Shown piece after piece: positions 61,409 to 64,000 of a stretch of DNA of 64,000 nt; the stretch's first letter is position 1, and each line of letters begins with the position of its first letter. A model generated the notes under the pieces. It worked only from the letters and a program-made list of their open reading frames with translations, was not told the origin of the DNA and searched no databases. This stretch comes from the human T2T-CHM13v2.0 reference genome, Homo sapiens: assembly GCF_009914755.1 (NCBI RefSeq), contig NC_060941.1; one strand, written 5' to 3'. A program made the position numbers and the translations under genes.

Positions 61409-61707
61409 TTTTTTTTTTTTTTTTTGAGACGGAGTCTTGCTCTGTCACCCAGGCTGGAGTGCAGTGGCATGATCTTGGCTCACTGCAAGCTCCGCCTCCC
61501 AGGTTCAGGCCATTCTCCTGCCTCAGCCTCCCCGAGTAGCTGGGACTACAGGCGCCCGCCACCACGCCCGGCTAATTTTTTGTATTTTTAGTAGAGATGG
61601 GGTTTCACCTTGTTAGCCAGGATGGTCTAGATCTCCTGACCTCATGATCTGCCCACCTCAGCCTCCCAAAGTGCTGGGATTACAGATGTGAGCCACTGCG
61701 CCTGGCC
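61409..61707 (-). mobile_element. AluY inside an L2 (~60780-62110)
   Basis: TSD aacatctccttgcc. Confidence 0.9.
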
Positions 61708-62349
61708 AACATCTCCTTGCCTTCTATTCACACAGTAGCCACAGTGATTCCTTTAAGACATCCATAAGGTTATGTAATTCCATGCTTAAAATCCACCAAT
61801 GGTTTTGTTTCTTTGTTTTTTAAATCACGCCTAGCCAAAATCTAAATAGTTTAGTCTGATTACAAAGTTCGACATGATTTGGCTCTTGTCCATCTCTCTG
61901 ATCTCATCTCACACCACTGTCCTGTCAGTGTCCTCCAACCACAATGGACTACATTTGGCATCTAAAATGCCTCACTTACTACCACAATAGAGCCTTTTCC
62001 CTGGCTGTTCCCTCTGCCCCATCTTCTCTTTGCTCTGATCTTTGTATGGCTGGCTGCTTCCTGTCATTGTCAGCTCCTTAGAGACTCTTTTTTGACCAAC
62101 TAATCTAAAGTATTTTAATTTTCTGCATTTTTCTTATTTATATTTTATGTAAATTTATATTTATTCATTTTTGGGGGGAAAACTATAGTCGAGATTATAG
62201 AAAATGTTCAATAAGTGTTTTAAAACAGATGGAATTTAAAGCATTCTTGTGATTCCAAGTTATCAATTATCATTATCATTTTTTTATATGACATGGTATC
62301 ATTAAGCAACATTATCAACAATAAATTAACAATAGCAACAATATATTAC

Positions 62350-62850
62350 ACTTATTGAGTGATTACTTTACGGAGGTACTACTATTCCAAGTGTTTTGTA
62401 TATATTATCTTATTTAACCCTCTAGCAATGCTTCAAGGTAGTTATTATTATTATCCCCATTTTACACATGAGGAAACAGGCATGAAAAGGGTATGTAATT
62501 TGTCCAAAGTCACACAACTGAAAAATGACAGAGCCAGGAATCAAACCAGGCAGACTGATTTCAGGTCCTCCATGCTTAACTCCTTAATATTTTATTATTA
62601 TGATAATTACTGACACCAGTAATGATAGGCAGTGTTAATTAAATAGCTATGATGTACCAGGAATCTAGGCTTTTTACTTAGGTTAATTTCTCATAACAGT
62701 CCTATGAAATGTTATTTTACTTATTTCACAGATGCAAAAACAGGGTCATAGAAGTTAAATTTCTGGCCCATGATCAAGCAGCAAGTAAGTGGCATAATCA
62801 GAATTCCACCCACAATGTGATTTCAGATCAGTGCTCTTTCTGCTATGCTA
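62350..62850 (-). mobile_element. Two MIR remnants
   Basis: attatccccattttacacatgaggaaacagg...tgtccaaagtcacacaac, followed by a more degenerate second copy. Confidence 0.7.
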
Positions 62851-63080
62851 TGATGCCAGTATTTCCTCCCAAAAGGCTGAAACTTTTTCATGGTCCATAA
62901 ACCATGAATTCAGGGACTCATGTTGAAACTGGGAAAGTCTTTCATATTTGTAATTTCCTCAGCTCTTTTGTTCACCCAACAAATATTTATAGATTGCCTA
63001 ATATGTGCTGATGCACTATTGTACGGGGAGGACTCCCTTATTCTCAGTGAACTAGGCCTCTCTGACGAGTCTATTCTCAC

Positions 63081-63247
63081 CTGTGAAGAAACTTCTCGTA
63101 TGTCTGGCGGAAGGCAAATCCTGCCCGACGCACTCTCACATTTTCCAGTAGTCCAAGATATTCTACTTGGTGCCGGCAGCGTTCATCATCAAATATCTGT
63201 GGAGATTTCTTGTCATTGGGTTTGATGCAACGAACGTAATATGGTTC
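63081..63247 (-). CDS. MYO1D: Myosin ID internal coding exon (167 bp, motor domain: [55 protein letters not shown]+R); probably exon 15
   Basis: Minus-strand translation gives the myosin motifs YVRCIKPN and [15 protein letters not shown]. Acceptor ttatttctttag|GAA, donor CACAG|gtgag. Ends in phase 2, matching the next exon. Exon number is recalled, not visible here. Confidence 0.96.
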
Positions 63248-64000
63248 CTAAAGAAATAAATCAGCAAATGGTAAGTTTCACTGGAGAAAATTTCCCAGCT
63301 AGGGACACTAACATGTAATTAGTGTTAATTGTGTCAAGTTAAGCTCAGTGCCTCTAATTTCTCAGGCATACACTTGTGAATAAAGTAGTTATTCTTCCGT
63401 TCTCCTTCAATTCAAGGTTAGAAGTTCTCATGCATTCAGCCAAATTTTTGTTTAATTATGTTTTAGGGTTTATTAGGAATAGTAGAAAAGGGATAAAACT
63501 AGGAAGTAAATAACAGAGACGTAAAGATCGAGTTTCTGTGTATTTATGAAAACAAGGTTAAAGCAGCTGAAGGAGTAATTCAATAGAAAAAGGCAGCAGC
63601 TAACGATGAAAATGGATGGAGAATGTAAAAGGACATTCTTTGTTAATGTTAATATTATGTTAAGGAATGATAGGGACGGACAGCTCTGGTATATAGTAAG
63701 TGCTCCTTAAGTGTCAGCCATCATTATTAATATTATTGCATTAGTTTGCACTTTCGGAAAAGAGATTAAACTTCACGGGTAAGTAGAGAAGTTCCAAAAC
63801 CACCTACAGGCATCACTGATTCTATGAAGGAGCTCAGCTAGCAATCCTTCCCTCTGTGCCAATTAAGTTTTATACTACATATTAGATCATAACCCCTTTT
63901 AAATATAAAACCATGCTTGGCATAGATCCTGGTACACTGAAGATAATGAATAAATTATCACTGGATGAATCAATGAGGTCAAATGTATCCTACAAGTGTA

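Overview
Human genomic DNA (a human-lineage AluYb8 is present) lying entirely inside the unconventional myosin gene MYO1D, which runs on the minus strand. Three coding exons are present: 63081-63247, 54045-54252 and 1198-1421. They have canonical GT-AG sites and matching phases, and encode the end of the motor domain, the converter and the IQ motifs. The introns are about 8.8 kb and 52.6 kb and are mostly transposable elements: about 28 Alus, a full-length sense-oriented L1PA2-type LINE-1 (ORF1 open, ORF2 disrupted), a twin-primed 5'-inverted older L1PA, several solo LTRs, DNA-transposon MITEs, L2 and MIR. Most short ORFs in the track are repeat-derived noise. I see no convincing new multi-gene system. 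The best candidate novelty is a frameshifted L1 antisense ORF0, extended from 71 to 191 codons, that runs out of the L1 into flanking DNA and is followed by AATAAA; it could form a self-contained antisense transcription unit inside MYO1D. Other candidates are a short 5' transduction on the same L1, two locally templated insertions, and inverted Alus bracketing one exon. Repeat subfamily names and consensus comparisons are from memory, not from a database search.
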